Source: Candidatus Acidiferrales bacterium (GTDB lineage Bacteria > Acidobacteriota > Terriglobia > Acidiferrales > UBA7541). Taken from it: a stretch of 35,383 bases of DNA. The stretch spans positions 1 to 35,383 of the forward strand of contig DATGJE010000252.1 in assembly GCA_035295305.1 (NCBI GenBank). The letters run 5' to 3'. The notes below the pieces were generated by a model. That model was not told the DNA's origin and made no database searches. It saw only the letters and a program-made list of their open reading frames with translations. Position 1 is the stretch's first letter. Every line of letters starts with the position of its first letter. Below, in pieces: positions 24,800-34,018 of the stretch. A program made the translations under genes and the position numbers.

Positions 24800-24809
24800 T
24801 GGTATACCA
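24800..24809. promoter_or_regulatory. Candidate GntR/FadR-type operator, perfect palindrome TGGTATACCA
   Basis: A perfect 10-bp palindrome that fits the FadR-subfamily TGGT-Nx-ACCA operator pattern. It lies about 155 bp upstream of the second PLP-enzyme gene, in a 307-bp intergenic gap. Confidence 0.4.
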
Positions 24810-24962
24810 AACCCATACATGGCGTTCCTATTCTGCTTGTGATAAGCTCCGTGCCGTTTTACGCAAATTCGCGAAAATGCGCAAATTTGCGGCGTACCAA
24901 AAAGATGATGACCAAGCGGGCTGCTCGATGATGGAAGAAAAGCGGTGGCGGAGGAGTGAGGG

Positions 24963-26120
24963 ATGCTTTCAGACGGGCAAGTACGGGCGATCCGGTCGCG
25001 ATTTCCAATCTTTAAGCACAAAATTTATTTGAACTCCTGCTCGCAGGGTGCGCTTTCGGATTCGGTGGACGCGGCTTTGCGCCAGTACATGGCAAGCTGG
25101 CACGAAGGAGGCTCGCCGTGGGAGCTTTGGGTGGAAAAATACGAGGCTGTACGGGCCCAGTTTGCGCGGTTCATTGGAGCTGAAGCAAGTGAAGTTGCCG
25201 TCATCCCGAGCGCCTCGGCAGGAATGAACTCGATTGCCAGCGCCTTCGACTTCGCCAAGCGGCGAAAGGTTGTCATGGGCGAATTCGAGTTCCCGACGAT
25301 GGGCCACGTGTGGCTGGCGCAGCAGCGACGCGGAGCGCAAATTGAATTTATCGCGGCCCGCGAAGGACGATTGCCCGCCGAATCCTATGCGCGCGCAATC
25401 GATGATCAAACCGCGGTGGTGCCGCTTACGCACATATGCTTCATGAATGGCTTCCGTTCCGATGTGGCAGAGATCACACGCGCGGCCCATGCAAAGGGCG
25501 CTCTGGTGTTCATGGACGATTATCAGGACTGCGGCACGCGACCCGTGAACGTGAAGTCCCTGGACGTAGATTTTTACGTGAGCGGAACGCTGAAGTATCT
25601 ACTCGCATCTTCGGGCGTCGCATTTCTTTACGTGCGGAAGAATTTGATCCGTTCGCTTATTCCAACGATTTCGGGCTGGTTTGCCCAGGCGCAGCCGTTT
25701 GCATTCGACGTAAAGCATCTGGACCTGGCCGAAGACGCGCGTCGCTTTGAGGCCGGAACACCGCCGATTCCGAATATTTACGCCGCCGGCGCGGGAATGG
25801 CGTTATTGCAAGAGATCGGTCTGGAAAACGTCGCGCAGCAAGTGCGCACTCTGGCTCAGGCGCTGATTCAAGGGGCGCGCGGCCTGGGAATTCGCGTGAA
25901 AACGCCTTTGGACAGCGTGGGACCGCTCGTCGTGTTGCAGTCGAGCAACGTGGACGCAGCAATTGCGAAACTTGCGGAACGGAACATCGTCGTGTCTGGA
26001 CGTCACGACGGTCTGCGGATTTCCTTTCACGTACACAACACTCTGGATGATGTACGCCAGGTGCTCGAAGCACTCGAAGAATTCTCCGAACTCATCGTGC
26101 ACGAGCAACAGGCAGTGTAG
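24963..26120 (+). CDS. Class V-fold PLP-dependent enzyme (aminotransferase/lyase-like)
   Basis: 385-aa ORF with GGAGGAG upstream of the ATG. The class V pattern includes IYLNSCSQGAL and DVDFYVSGTLKYLLASSGVAFLYV (candidate PLP lysine in GTLKY). The C-terminus reads GRHDGLRISFHVHNTLDDV. I found no cysteine-desulfurase-like Cys loop. Confidence 0.87.
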   Translation: MLSDGQVRAIRSRFPIFKHKIYLNSCSQGALSDSVDAALRQYMASWHEGGSPWELWVEKYEAVRAQFARFIGAEASEVAVIPSASAGMNSIASAFDFAKRRKVVMGEFEFPTMGHVWLAQQRRGAQIEFIAAREGRLPAESYARAIDDQTAVVPLTHICFMNGFRSDVAEITRAAHAKGALVFMDDYQDCGTRPVNVKSLDVDFYVSGTLKYLLASSGVAFLYVRKNLIRSLIPTISGWFAQAQPFAFDVKHLDLAEDARRFEAGTPPIPNIYAAGAGMALLQEIGLENVAQQVRTLAQALIQGARGLGIRVKTPLDSVGPLVVLQSSNVDAAIAKLAERNIVVSGRHDGLRISFHVHNTLDDVRQVLEALEEFSELIVHEQQAV

Positions 26121-26157
26121 GTGCAGATTCCAAACGAGCCTCGCGGGACGAAATTAA

Positions 26158-27621
26158 TTGGCACGTACAGTGAGCGAACTCAACCATCAAGTGGCCGTTG
26201 ACGGAGTTCTCGACAAAGAGCGAGGCCTGTCGCGAGCGTTAAGTACACGCCAGATGACGATGATTGCCATCGGCGGAGCGATCGGCACGGGGCTGTTTCT
26301 TGGCAGCTCTTTGGCTGTGCACACGGCGGGTCCTGCGGTGATTGTGAGCTATTTGCTCGGCGCCGTCATGGCCCTACTGCTGATGGGAACGCTCTCGGAA
26401 ATGGCCGTCGCGCACCCCACCGCGGGTTCCTTCGGTGTTTATGCCGAGCTGTATGTTAATCGCTGGGCCGGCTTCGTGGTTCGGTACACCTATTGGGCTT
26501 GCCAGTGCATAGCAATAGGCGGCGAGGCTACGGCCGTGGCGATCTATTGCCGCTGGTGGTTTCCACAGATCGCGCCGTGGATATGGATCGTCCTGTTTTC
26601 GTTGTTACTTGTCATCGTTAACGCAAGCGGCGTCGGGAATTTTGGCGAGTTCGAATATTGGTTCGCGATGATCAAAGTTGTCGCAATTCTCGCCTTCATT
26701 GGGTTTGGCGTGGTTGTCCTTTTCGGGCTCATGCCGTCCGCGCCGAGCCCCGGCCTGCGGAACTTCACTGTTGGCGGAGGATTCTTCGCTCACGGATGGA
26801 CTGGCGTTTGGATGGCCATGTGTTTTGTCATTTTCAGTTACATTGGCACGGAAGTCGTGGCGGTAACGGCGGGCGAAGCGCAGACACCAGACGAAGCTGT
26901 GCCGAAAGCGATGCGCCGGATGGTGTTCCGGCTGATCCTTTTTTACATCGGTTCTATGATTGTTCTTGTGGGAGTGGTGCCCTGGATGAACATTCAACCG
27001 GGCGCCAACGTCACTGCCAGCCCGTTCGTCAGTGTTTTCCGGTTGATGCACATACCCGCTGCGACCCAGCTCATGAATTTCGTGGTTCTCACGGCCGCTC
27101 TTTCCAGCATGAACTGCGACCTCTACCTTGCCACGCGAATGATTTTTTCGCTTTCCCGTGGTGGGTACGCGCCCCGGGGCCTGGGCCGGGTCACAGCGAG
27201 AGGAGTTCCGTTGCCGGCCCTGCTGTTGTCGACAACGGGCCTTGTTATCGCCACGGTTGTCGCGATCCTCTACCCGTCGAGCGCTTACGTTTACCTGTTT
27301 GGGATCGCGCTGTTTGGCGGGCTGTTCGTCTGGGTGATGATTTTCATAACGCATCTTTTCTTTCGCCGCGCTTGGAAAGCTCGCGGCGGACGCCAGCTGC
27401 CGGTGCGGATGATCGGATATCCGTACACTTCGGTTCTGGGGGCTGTCTTGATCTCGGGCATCATTATTACCACGTGGTGGGTGCCCGGAATGCGCCCAAC
27501 GATTCTTTCCGGGTTGCCATGGCTGGCATTTCTAACGGTGGCCTATTTTTTTTGGAGACGCGGCCAAAGCCCTGGCGGAGCCATTGCATCGGCAGAGTCG
27601 CCTGAGAGTCCCGCACGCTGA
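26158..27621 (+). CDS. APC superfamily amino acid permease
   Basis: 487-aa ORF. The start is uncertain: TTG 26158 or GTG 26170. There are about 12 hydrophobic helices. The N-terminal signature is LSTRQMTMIAIGGAIGTGLFLGS, followed by the typical FEYWFAMIKV and GTEVVAVTAGEA motifs. Confidence 0.9.
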   Translation: MARTVSELNHQVAVDGVLDKERGLSRALSTRQMTMIAIGGAIGTGLFLGSSLAVHTAGPAVIVSYLLGAVMALLLMGTLSEMAVAHPTAGSFGVYAELYVNRWAGFVVRYTYWACQCIAIGGEATAVAIYCRWWFPQIAPWIWIVLFSLLLVIVNASGVGNFGEFEYWFAMIKVVAILAFIGFGVVVLFGLMPSAPSPGLRNFTVGGGFFAHGWTGVWMAMCFVIFSYIGTEVVAVTAGEAQTPDEAVPKAMRRMVFRLILFYIGSMIVLVGVVPWMNIQPGANVTASPFVSVFRLMHIPAATQLMNFVVLTAALSSMNCDLYLATRMIFSLSRGGYAPRGLGRVTARGVPLPALLLSTTGLVIATVVAILYPSSAYVYLFGIALFGGLFVWVMIFITHLFFRRAWKARGGRQLPVRMIGYPYTSVLGAVLISGIIITTWWVPGMRPTILSGLPWLAFLTVAYFFWRRGQSPGGAIASAESPESPAR

Positions 27622-27683
27622 ACCGGATCGCGCCAAACGCAGATTTGAAGGCACTACTGTTCTAAAGAGGAAGGAAGATAAAC

Positions 27684-30600
27684 ATGACCGACGCTGGTGT
27701 TCGCCGCATGTGCCGTTCTTCACTGCTTGCCCTGTTTGCCGGAATGCTTCTTGCGATCACAGCGTTCGCGCAATCCTATCCTGCGAGTCTGTATGACGGA
27801 ATGCGCTGGCGACTGATTGGACCGTTTCGCGGAGGGCGAGCGGAAGCAGCGGCGGGCATTCCGGGCGACTCAAACACCTATTATTTCGGCGCGGCCGCCG
27901 GAGGCGTCTGGAAAACAACGGATGGCGGTCTTACGTGGAATCCCATTTTTGATCGCGAACCGAACTCATCCATTGGGGCCATCGCCATTGCCCCGTCGAA
28001 TCACGACATTATTTACGTGGGCACGGGCGAGCAGTGTTTGCGCAACGATATTACTTTCGGCGACGGCGTTTACAAATCCACCGATGCGGGCAAGACGTGG
28101 AGGAACATTGGTCTGCGCGACACGCAACACATCGCCACCATCCTTGTGAATCCCACGGATCCGAACAACGTTTATGTGGCCGCAGTTGGACATGCGTTTG
28201 GTCCGAACAGCGAGCGGGGCGTATTCCACTCCACCGATGGCGGCGCGACCTGGCAGAAAATTCTCTATGTGGACGACAAAACCGGCGCGACCGATCTGGT
28301 GGCGGATCCAAAGAATCCGCAAATTATGTTTGCCGCGATGTATCAAGTCCGGCGCACCGCCTACAGCATGATCAGCGGAGGTCCCGGAAGCGGACTTTAC
28401 AAGTCGACGGATGGCGGCGCTACCTGGAGGCATTTGGAAGGACACGGTCTTCCTGATGGAATCCTTGGAAGAATCGGCATCGCAATCTCCGACGCGGACT
28501 CGAATCGCGTCTACGCGATTATCGAGGCCAAGGTGAACGCGATCTATAGTTCAGATGATGGCGGTGAAAATTGGAAGATGGTGAATGACGAGCCGCTGTG
28601 GGTGCGGCCGTGGTATCAAAATCACATTTATGCCGATCCGAAAAACGTAGATACAGTTTACTCGCTCGACGTGGGCCTCTTCCGCTCCACCGATGGAGGA
28701 CATACTTTCGAAACGCTTCCGCTGAACCACACCGATAATCACCAACTTTGGATAGATCCCACGAATCCCGGGCGCATGATCGAAGCGGACGATGGTGGTG
28801 CAACCATCACCACGGACGGCGGCGCTACGTGGACGCTGGAAAATAATCAGCCGACTGCGCAGTTTTATCACGTCACCACCGACAACGAATTCAACTATTA
28901 CATTTATGGCTCGCAGCAAGATAGCGGCAGTGTCGCCATCCGGAGCCGCACGGATTCCGGGTCCATCGGAGAAAATGACTGGCATTCCGTGGGCGGCGGC
29001 GAATCGGGGTTCATTTGTCCGGATCCGCGCGACCCGGAAATTATTTTCGCCGGAGACCATAACGGCCACTTCACGCGTTACGACGGACACACCGGTCAGG
29101 TTCAGGACATCGCTCCCTGGTTTGGCGCGCGCGCTCATCCTGCCTCGGACGTGAAGCATCGTTTCCAGTGGACTGCGCCGATGCAGATATCGCCGCACGA
29201 CCCGAACGTCCTCTATTTGGGCGGAGAAGTGGTCTTTAAGACCACCGACGGTGGAATGAGCTGGTCCATCATCAGCCCCGATTTAACGCGCAACGACAAG
29301 AGCAAGCAGCATTCCACGCCGGAGCCGCTGACTCCCGATAATTCCAGCGCCGAGTATTACGACACGGTGTACGCAATCGCGGAATCCCCCGTGCAAAAGG
29401 ATCTCATCTGGGCTGGCAGCGACGACGGCTTGGTGCATGTTACTGAAGACGGCGGGAAACATTGGACGAACGTCACGCCGAAGCAGATGCCGGAGTGGTC
29501 GCGCGTGAACCTGATTGAACCCTCGCCGTGGAATGCGGGAACCGCCTACGTCGCAGCCGACCTGCACTTTTCCGACGATTTTCATCCCATGATTTTCAAG
29601 ACCACGGACTTCGGCAAGACTTGGACATCGATCACCAACGGAATTGGCGATCAGGATTACGTGCACTCCGTTCACGCGGATCCCGTGCGCAAGAGCCTGC
29701 TGTATGCGGGCACGGAGCGCGGTGTCTATGTTTCTTTTGACGACGGCGCAAATTGGCAGTCGCTTCAGTTAAATCTTCCCGTCGTGCCCGTCTACGACAC
29801 GGCCATTCACGGGAATAATTTAGTGATTGCAACTCACGGACGCGCGTTTTGGGTTCTCGACAACATCACGCCGCTTCGTGAAGCGAGTCCGGCGATTGCG
29901 TCGCAACCTGCGCACTTGTTTACTCCGGCCGTTGCGTATCGCGAGCATAGCGGATTCGGCGGCGGGGGCCAAGGCGGCCGCAGAAACACGGGGCAAAATC
30001 CTCCCAGCGGAGCCGTCATTGATTACTACCTAAATTCCACGACTTCGGGTCCAGTCTCGCTCGACATTTCAGACAGTCACGGCCAAGTCGTGCACCACTC
30101 CACAAGCGGAAGACAGCAGGGCGAGCGGAACGAAGTTCGAGGTGGGCGCGTCGCAGCACGCAGCATGTCCCTTTCGGCGCGGCCGGGGCTCAATCGCTTC
30201 GTTTGGAATTACCGGTTGGATGGACCGGTGGCAGTGCCAGGCATGGTCATTATGGAAGCGCAGAGCGGAGGTCCGCTCGTGCCGCCCGGAAACTATCAGG
30301 TGAAGCTCACCGTCGCTGGAAAAGACTACACCGCGCCGCTCACCGTGAAGCCTGACCCGCGAGTGAAAATCAGCCAAGGAGATTTCGACAAGCAGTACGA
30401 TTTTGCCGTGAAGCTGCGTGATCGCGTCACCGAAGTGCACAACACGGTGAACGCCATTCGCGGCGCGCGGGCCACCCTCGACGCGCAAAAGAGCGCCGAT
30501 GCTTCGCAAACTCAAACCATCGCCAGGATCGAACAGCAGATGGATGAGATCGAAGGGCAGCTGATTCAAGTCGCATCCGTCACGCGATGGGCGGCGCTCG

Positions 30601-30779
30601 TTTATCCCATCGAGCTAGATGCTCAATACGCGGATCTGATGAACGTCGTCGAGAGTGCTGATTCCGCTCCGCCGGCGCAAACGTACGAGGTTTTTCAGAC
30701 CTACGAGTCGAAACGCGAAAAGCTAATGGCGCGCTGGCGATCGGTGCAGACGGAAATTGCGAAACTCCGAGGGCAGTAG
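27684..30779 (+). CDS. Secreted VPS10/sortilin-like BNR (Asp-box) repeat beta-propeller protein, paralog 1
   Basis: 1031-aa ORF with GAGGAAGGAAG upstream of the ATG. The signal peptide is MTDAGVRRMCRSSLLALFAGMLLAITAFAQ. There are about 11 Asp-box motifs (S/T-x-D-x-G-x-T/S-W), for example TTDGGLTW, STDAGKTW, STDGGATW (twice), SDDGGENW, TTDGGMSW, TEDGGKHW and TTDFGKTW. The C-terminal part looks like a beta-sandwich plus a helical tail. Confidence 0.88.
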   Translation: MTDAGVRRMCRSSLLALFAGMLLAITAFAQSYPASLYDGMRWRLIGPFRGGRAEAAAGIPGDSNTYYFGAAAGGVWKTTDGGLTWNPIFDREPNSSIGAIAIAPSNHDIIYVGTGEQCLRNDITFGDGVYKSTDAGKTWRNIGLRDTQHIATILVNPTDPNNVYVAAVGHAFGPNSERGVFHSTDGGATWQKILYVDDKTGATDLVADPKNPQIMFAAMYQVRRTAYSMISGGPGSGLYKSTDGGATWRHLEGHGLPDGILGRIGIAISDADSNRVYAIIEAKVNAIYSSDDGGENWKMVNDEPLWVRPWYQNHIYADPKNVDTVYSLDVGLFRSTDGGHTFETLPLNHTDNHQLWIDPTNPGRMIEADDGGATITTDGGATWTLENNQPTAQFYHVTTDNEFNYYIYGSQQDSGSVAIRSRTDSGSIGENDWHSVGGGESGFICPDPRDPEIIFAGDHNGHFTRYDGHTGQVQDIAPWFGARAHPASDVKHRFQWTAPMQISPHDPNVLYLGGEVVFKTTDGGMSWSIISPDLTRNDKSKQHSTPEPLTPDNSSAEYYDTVYAIAESPVQKDLIWAGSDDGLVHVTEDGGKHWTNVTPKQMPEWSRVNLIEPSPWNAGTAYVAADLHFSDDFHPMIFKTTDFGKTWTSITNGIGDQDYVHSVHADPVRKSLLYAGTERGVYVSFDDGANWQSLQLNLPVVPVYDTAIHGNNLVIATHGRAFWVLDNITPLREASPAIASQPAHLFTPAVAYREHSGFGGGGQGGRRNTGQNPPSGAVIDYYLNSTTSGPVSLDISDSHGQVVHHSTSGRQQGERNEVRGGRVAARSMSLSARPGLNRFVWNYRLDGPVAVPGMVIMEAQSGGPLVPPGNYQVKLTVAGKDYTAPLTVKPDPRVKISQGDFDKQYDFAVKLRDRVTEVHNTVNAIRGARATLDAQKSADASQTQTIARIEQQMDEIEGQLIQVASVTRWAALVYPIELDAQYADLMNVVESADSAPPAQTYEVFQTYESKREKLMARWRSVQTEIAKLRGQ

Positions 30780-30871
30780 GTGCGAAGGCGCCCGGGATTG
30801 AAATCGCGGACGATTTTAGTCCCCGCAAGATTTCTCTATTTTGGATTTTCATTTCTTTCAAGGAGCTTTCC

Positions 30872-33800
30872 ATGAATCCGCGGCGTTGTCTCGCACTTCT
30901 GGCAGCAGCGTTTTTCATGTTTGCCGGAGCGCGCATGCTTGGGGCGCAAGAAAACCTCAATTTTGATCAGGCGCTCCGATGGCGCTCGATTGGGCCGGAT
31001 CGCGGAGGACGCGTAACCGCCGTAGCGGGGCTCGTGAATGACCGTTCCACCTACTACATGGGAGCCACGGGCGGGGGCGTGTGGAAGACGGTGAACGCAG
31101 GCATCACATGGGCGCCGATCTCGGATGGCTTTTTCAAGACGGGCTCCGTAGGCTCCATCGCGGTCTCCGAATCCGATCCCAACATTATTTACGTCGGTAT
31201 GGGCGAAGCATGTTTGCGTTCGAACATCTCGCATGGCGATGGCGTGTACAAATCCGCCGACGCCGGCAAGACATGGCGCAACGTCGGGCTGCGAGACAGC
31301 AGCCAAATCGGCAAAGTTCTGATCGACCCGCGCAATCCCAATCTCGTCTATGTCGCGGCCATTGGGCACCCATATGGGCCCAATGCCGAGCGCGGCGTGT
31401 TCCGCAGCGAGGACGGAGGGCAAACCTGGAAGAAAATTCTCTTCGTTAACGACAAGACAGGAGCGGCCGATTTGGCCGCCGATCCTCGCGACCCTCGAAT
31501 TATCTACGCAGCAACGTGGCAAGTGCTCCGCATGCCCTGGGACATTGATGAAGTAGGCCCAGGCTCTGGAATTTACAAGACGACAGACGGTGGCGATACG
31601 TGGGCGCGCCTGACCGACGGGCTTCCTAAAACAGACATGGGCAAGATTGGTCTGACGGTTTCACCGATGAACTCCCAGCGAGTTTGGGCGACGATTGGCG
31701 GCCAAGACGGCGGAATTTATCGCTCCGATGATGCGGGCAAGACCTGGCAATTGCTTAATGGCAGTTTCGAAATGCACTCCCGCCAATATTATTACGGCCA
31801 TATATTTGCCGACCCGCAGCAATTGGACACCGTCTATACTTTTTCTTCCAAGGACTTTTACAAGTCCACTGACGGCGGTAAAACGTGGGGAAGAATTCAA
31901 ACACCGCACGGCGATTATCACGACCTCTGGATTGATCCGCGTGACGATCAACGAATGGTGAACGGAAATGACGGCGGTGCCACCGTCACTTTCGACGGGG
32001 GAAAGAGCTGGAGCTCAGAGAATAATCAGCCGACCGCGCAGTTTTACACCGTGAGAACCGATAACAGTTTCCCCTACCACGTCTACGGCGCGCAGCAGGA
32101 CAACACCACCGTTTCCATTTCGAGCGACGCGTCCGCGACAGGACGCGGCCCAGGGCCTGGAGCTGCGTCGGCACCAGCCTTCGACGAAGTTGGCGGCGGC
32201 GAGAGCGGCTATGTTCTGCCAGACTTACAAGATTCCAACATCATTTACGCGGGTGCGTACTGGGGCTTGCTGACGCGCTTTGACCGCCGGACCGGCATCG
32301 CGAGAAACATCAGCATTTGGCCGGACTATCCGGGCGGGCGAACTGGCGCACAGCAAAAGTACCGGTTTCAGTGGACTTTTCCGATCGCCGAGACTCCTGC
32401 TGCTCCGGGCGTGATTTATGCGGGCGGGAACGTGGTGTTCAAATCCACCGACCAGGGCGAGAGCTGGCAGCCCATCAGTCCTGACCTGACCCGAAATAAC
32501 AAGACGCGCGAAAATGGCGGGCGCCTGGAAGATGTCTATTGCACGGTTTTCACCATCGCGGCATCTCCGGTGGATAGAAACACCATTTGGGCGGGATCCG
32601 ATGATGGCCTCATCCACGTCACACGCGACGGGGGAGAGACGTGGAGCGATGTAACGCCCGCCGCAGTGCAGCCGTGGACGCGAATCAATATTATTGAGGC
32701 GTCCTCGCACGATCCCGCCACCGCTTATGCTGCGGTGAACCGTTATCAGATGGATGATTTCCGTCCCTACATTTACCGCACGCACGATTATGGCAAGACG
32801 TGGACGCTCATCGTAAACGGGATTCCTTCGGACACATTTGTGCGCACCGTTCGTCAAGATCCTGTCCGTCCGGAGCTTCTTTTTGCCGGAACTGAAACGG
32901 GTGTCTATGTTTCGTTTGACGAGGGTAATCACTGGCAGAGTCTCCAGTTGAATTTGCCTGTTGTGCCCGTCACGGACTTGACAGTTAAAGATGGTGATCT
33001 CATCGCCTCTACGCAAGGCCGCGCATTTTGGGTTGTCGATAACATCAGCCCGCTTGAGCAAGCCACATCTGACAACGCAAGCGCGCAAGTGCGACTCTTC
33101 AAGCCTCGCGCCGCGTATCGCACCGGGCGCAGCGGCCGTTTCGGAGGTGGAGGCGGCGCCGGATTGTACGCAGGAAGCGTGATCATTGATTATGACTTGG
33201 GACAAGCGTCGGAGCAGCCAGTGACGCTCGAATTTCAGGATGCCGATGGCAAAACCATTCGGAAATTCACGAGCGGCGGCCAGCGGAGAGGACGAGGACA
33301 AGTCGTCGTCACGAATGAGCAGGGGCTGAACCGCTTCGCCTGGGACATGCGCTATCCAGACGCGCACGGCGTCGACGGAGGTACTTTCTTCCTTGGCGGC
33401 AGCTTGCGTGGCCCGCAAGTGGCGCCCGGCGAGTATAAAGTGAAGCTGACCATCGGAGATCAATCAGCGACGCAGACTTTCGACATCAAGAAAGATCCGC
33501 GCGTCGCGACCACAGCGGCGCAATACAAGGAGCAGTTGGCCCTAGCGCTCTCGGCCTGGGACAAACTTTCAGCCGCCGATGACGCCATCAATCAAATCCG
33601 GGAAATTCAGCAGCAAGTGAACGCCGCATCGCAGAAGGCTGGCGACAATGCCGCAATCACTGGGGCAGCGCACACACTAGATGAGCGTCTCGACGTGGTC
33701 CTGCACCATCTATACGAGCCGCGCTTTACCGGTTTCGACGACCAAACCCTTATCTATCCGTTGCAGTTAAACAACCGGCTGGCCGCGATGCAGAATTACT

Positions 33801-34000
33801 TGGGAGGCGATTACGGCCCCACCGATCAAGACATCGCGGTTCTTAAAGAGCTCTCCAGTGAACTCAGCGAGCAATTGGCTAGTTTAAGGAGCGTTTTGAA
33901 TGTCGATCTTCCGGCGTTTAACGCACAGCTAAAAGCGGCTGGAATTGCGCCGGTCAACATATCTCGAACGGCCAGCGCCGGCGCCGCGAGTTCGAACTAG
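30872..34000 (+). CDS. Secreted VPS10/sortilin-like BNR (Asp-box) repeat beta-propeller protein, paralog 2
   Basis: 1042-aa ORF with AAGGAG upstream of the ATG. The signal peptide is MNPRRCLALLAAAFFMFAGARMLGAQ. It is colinear with paralog 1 along its whole length, sharing blocks such as IIYVGxGExCLR, GDGVYKSxDAGKTWRN, ERGVFxSxDGGxTW, NQPTAQFY and LQLNLPVVPV. Confidence 0.88.
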   Translation: MNPRRCLALLAAAFFMFAGARMLGAQENLNFDQALRWRSIGPDRGGRVTAVAGLVNDRSTYYMGATGGGVWKTVNAGITWAPISDGFFKTGSVGSIAVSESDPNIIYVGMGEACLRSNISHGDGVYKSADAGKTWRNVGLRDSSQIGKVLIDPRNPNLVYVAAIGHPYGPNAERGVFRSEDGGQTWKKILFVNDKTGAADLAADPRDPRIIYAATWQVLRMPWDIDEVGPGSGIYKTTDGGDTWARLTDGLPKTDMGKIGLTVSPMNSQRVWATIGGQDGGIYRSDDAGKTWQLLNGSFEMHSRQYYYGHIFADPQQLDTVYTFSSKDFYKSTDGGKTWGRIQTPHGDYHDLWIDPRDDQRMVNGNDGGATVTFDGGKSWSSENNQPTAQFYTVRTDNSFPYHVYGAQQDNTTVSISSDASATGRGPGPGAASAPAFDEVGGGESGYVLPDLQDSNIIYAGAYWGLLTRFDRRTGIARNISIWPDYPGGRTGAQQKYRFQWTFPIAETPAAPGVIYAGGNVVFKSTDQGESWQPISPDLTRNNKTRENGGRLEDVYCTVFTIAASPVDRNTIWAGSDDGLIHVTRDGGETWSDVTPAAVQPWTRINIIEASSHDPATAYAAVNRYQMDDFRPYIYRTHDYGKTWTLIVNGIPSDTFVRTVRQDPVRPELLFAGTETGVYVSFDEGNHWQSLQLNLPVVPVTDLTVKDGDLIASTQGRAFWVVDNISPLEQATSDNASAQVRLFKPRAAYRTGRSGRFGGGGGAGLYAGSVIIDYDLGQASEQPVTLEFQDADGKTIRKFTSGGQRRGRGQVVVTNEQGLNRFAWDMRYPDAHGVDGGTFFLGGSLRGPQVAPGEYKVKLTIGDQSATQTFDIKKDPRVATTAAQYKEQLALALSAWDKLSAADDAINQIREIQQQVNAASQKAGDNAAITGAAHTLDERLDVVLHHLYEPRFTGFDDQTLIYPLQLNNRLAAMQNYLGGDYGPTDQDIAVLKELSSELSEQLASLRSVLNVDLPAFNAQLKAAGIAPVNISRTASAGAASSN

Positions 34001-34018
34001 TCATTCCAACTTTAAGGT

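Noticed and set aside
24665-24931. 88-aa ORF in the 307-bp gap between the two PLP-enzyme genes
   Set aside because: It has no Shine-Dalgarno sequence and no recognisable motifs, and its composition is odd. The gap is better explained as a regulatory region carrying the palindromic sites.
26605-27605. A 249-aa minus-strand ORF and a 315-aa alternate-frame plus-strand ORF overlapping the amino-acid permease gene
   Set aside because: The permease frame shows about 12 TM helices and APC signatures. The alternatives are Arg/Pro/His-rich frame artefacts.
32225-33463. 412-aa minus-strand ORF, plus the 228-aa ORF at 30836-31522, inside VPS10/BNR paralog 2
   Set aside because: Both are antisense to a gene with about 11 Asp-box motifs and a clear paralog next door. 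They have no motifs of their own and a composition typical of antisense frames.
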